NCBI GenBank assembly: GCA_964016885.1
Contig: OZ024745.1
Location: 83,886,001-83,950,000 of the forward strand
From: Eledone cirrhosa
Lineage: Eukaryota
Direction: 5' to 3'
Length of the DNA: 64,000 nucleotides
How positions within the stretch are numbered: position 1 is the stretch's first letter; each line of letters begins with the position of its first letter. The position numbers were made by a program, and so were the translations under genes. The notes under the pieces are model-generated. The model made no database searches. It had not been told where the DNA came from and saw only the letters and a list, made by a program, of their open reading frames with translations. Positions 63,237-64,000 of the stretch are shown one piece after another.

Positions 63237-64000
63237 GGCACAGAGAGTGCTAAAATGTACGTTATTCCGGGTTGATCGGAGGTAACCACAGTAAGTAAGG
63301 TACTCAATACATAGCAGAGTATAACAGTTTTAATATAGATGAGATTCTACAGGACTAGAACTGTTTCATTCATTAGAAATCATCATATATATATATATAT
63401 GTAGGTCCCGCGTTGAGTCGGGGATAACCACAGTAAGTAAGGTACTCAATACATGGCAGAGTAAAATTTTTTTATTTTATAGAAGGAGCTTCTACAGGAC
63501 TAGTACTGTTTCATTCAGATGAAATCTTCAGGAAGCTGGGTGTCATATTAAGTTCTGGTATTTATACATTTAGGTAGTGGCAAGGGAGGGTGGTGGATGG
63601 GGGGGGGGGCGTATTTAGATACAGAGGACCACTACATGGCACAGGCCGTTTTTTCTATGGGGAGTGGTCAATTAGCCAGAGTGCTTTTTTGAAATAAATA
63701 AATAAGTAAATAAATAAATAAATGAATAAATAAATAGATAAATGAATAAATAAATAAAATAAATAAAGAAATAAATAAAAAATAAATAAATAAAGACTCC
63801 AAGAATAGTAATTCAACAGATATATAGTAGGGAAATTTTTTAGGTGGGTTGGTAATAGAAATAAGCATTTAACAAGACCGAATCATGGCACAGACTGGGG
63901 TGAGTGGTCAAGTTAACATAGAAGCACAGGTGGCCAGAGTGTTTTAGTAGGATGGAAAGAATAAAATATATTTACATACTCACAACCACATACAAAAACA
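63235..64000 (-). mobile_element. Two adjacent pLTR-like fragments of the 34.1 kb family; the second runs off the window
   Basis: taaccacagtaagtaaggtactcaatacat shared; hammerhead-like 63487-63537 (-): agcttc-CTGAAGA-tttc/gaat-GAAAC-agtacta-GTC-ctgta-gaagct. Confidence 0.65.

Overview
AT-rich animal DNA made almost entirely of retroelements and microsatellites, with no host gene recognised. The SINE fragments resemble cephalopod/octopus SINEs (recognised from memory). 1-20.7 kb is an array built in one (TTA)n microsatellite: three ~4-4.6 kb head-to-tail R4/Dong-type non-LTR elements (minus strand), an intact two-ORF Tx1/L1-clade LINE in the opposite orientation, and two further Dong remnants. 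The leader of the full-length Dong copies is colinear with the 5' UTR/ORF1 start of the neighbouring Tx1 element, suggesting a 5' module shared between two distant LINE lineages. 22-64 kb is a (TA)n-rich landscape with Hydra-like and Nematis-like Penelope-like elements (PLEs), many small fold-back pLTR derivatives, at least 15 hammerhead-ribozyme-like motifs from about six families, a 486-nt retrozyme-like unit, a young but disrupted CsRN1-type Gypsy element, an internally deleted LTR element, a 5'-inverted RTE and a ~2 kb inverted duplication. All alignments and folds were done by eye, so boundaries of degenerate elements are approximate.
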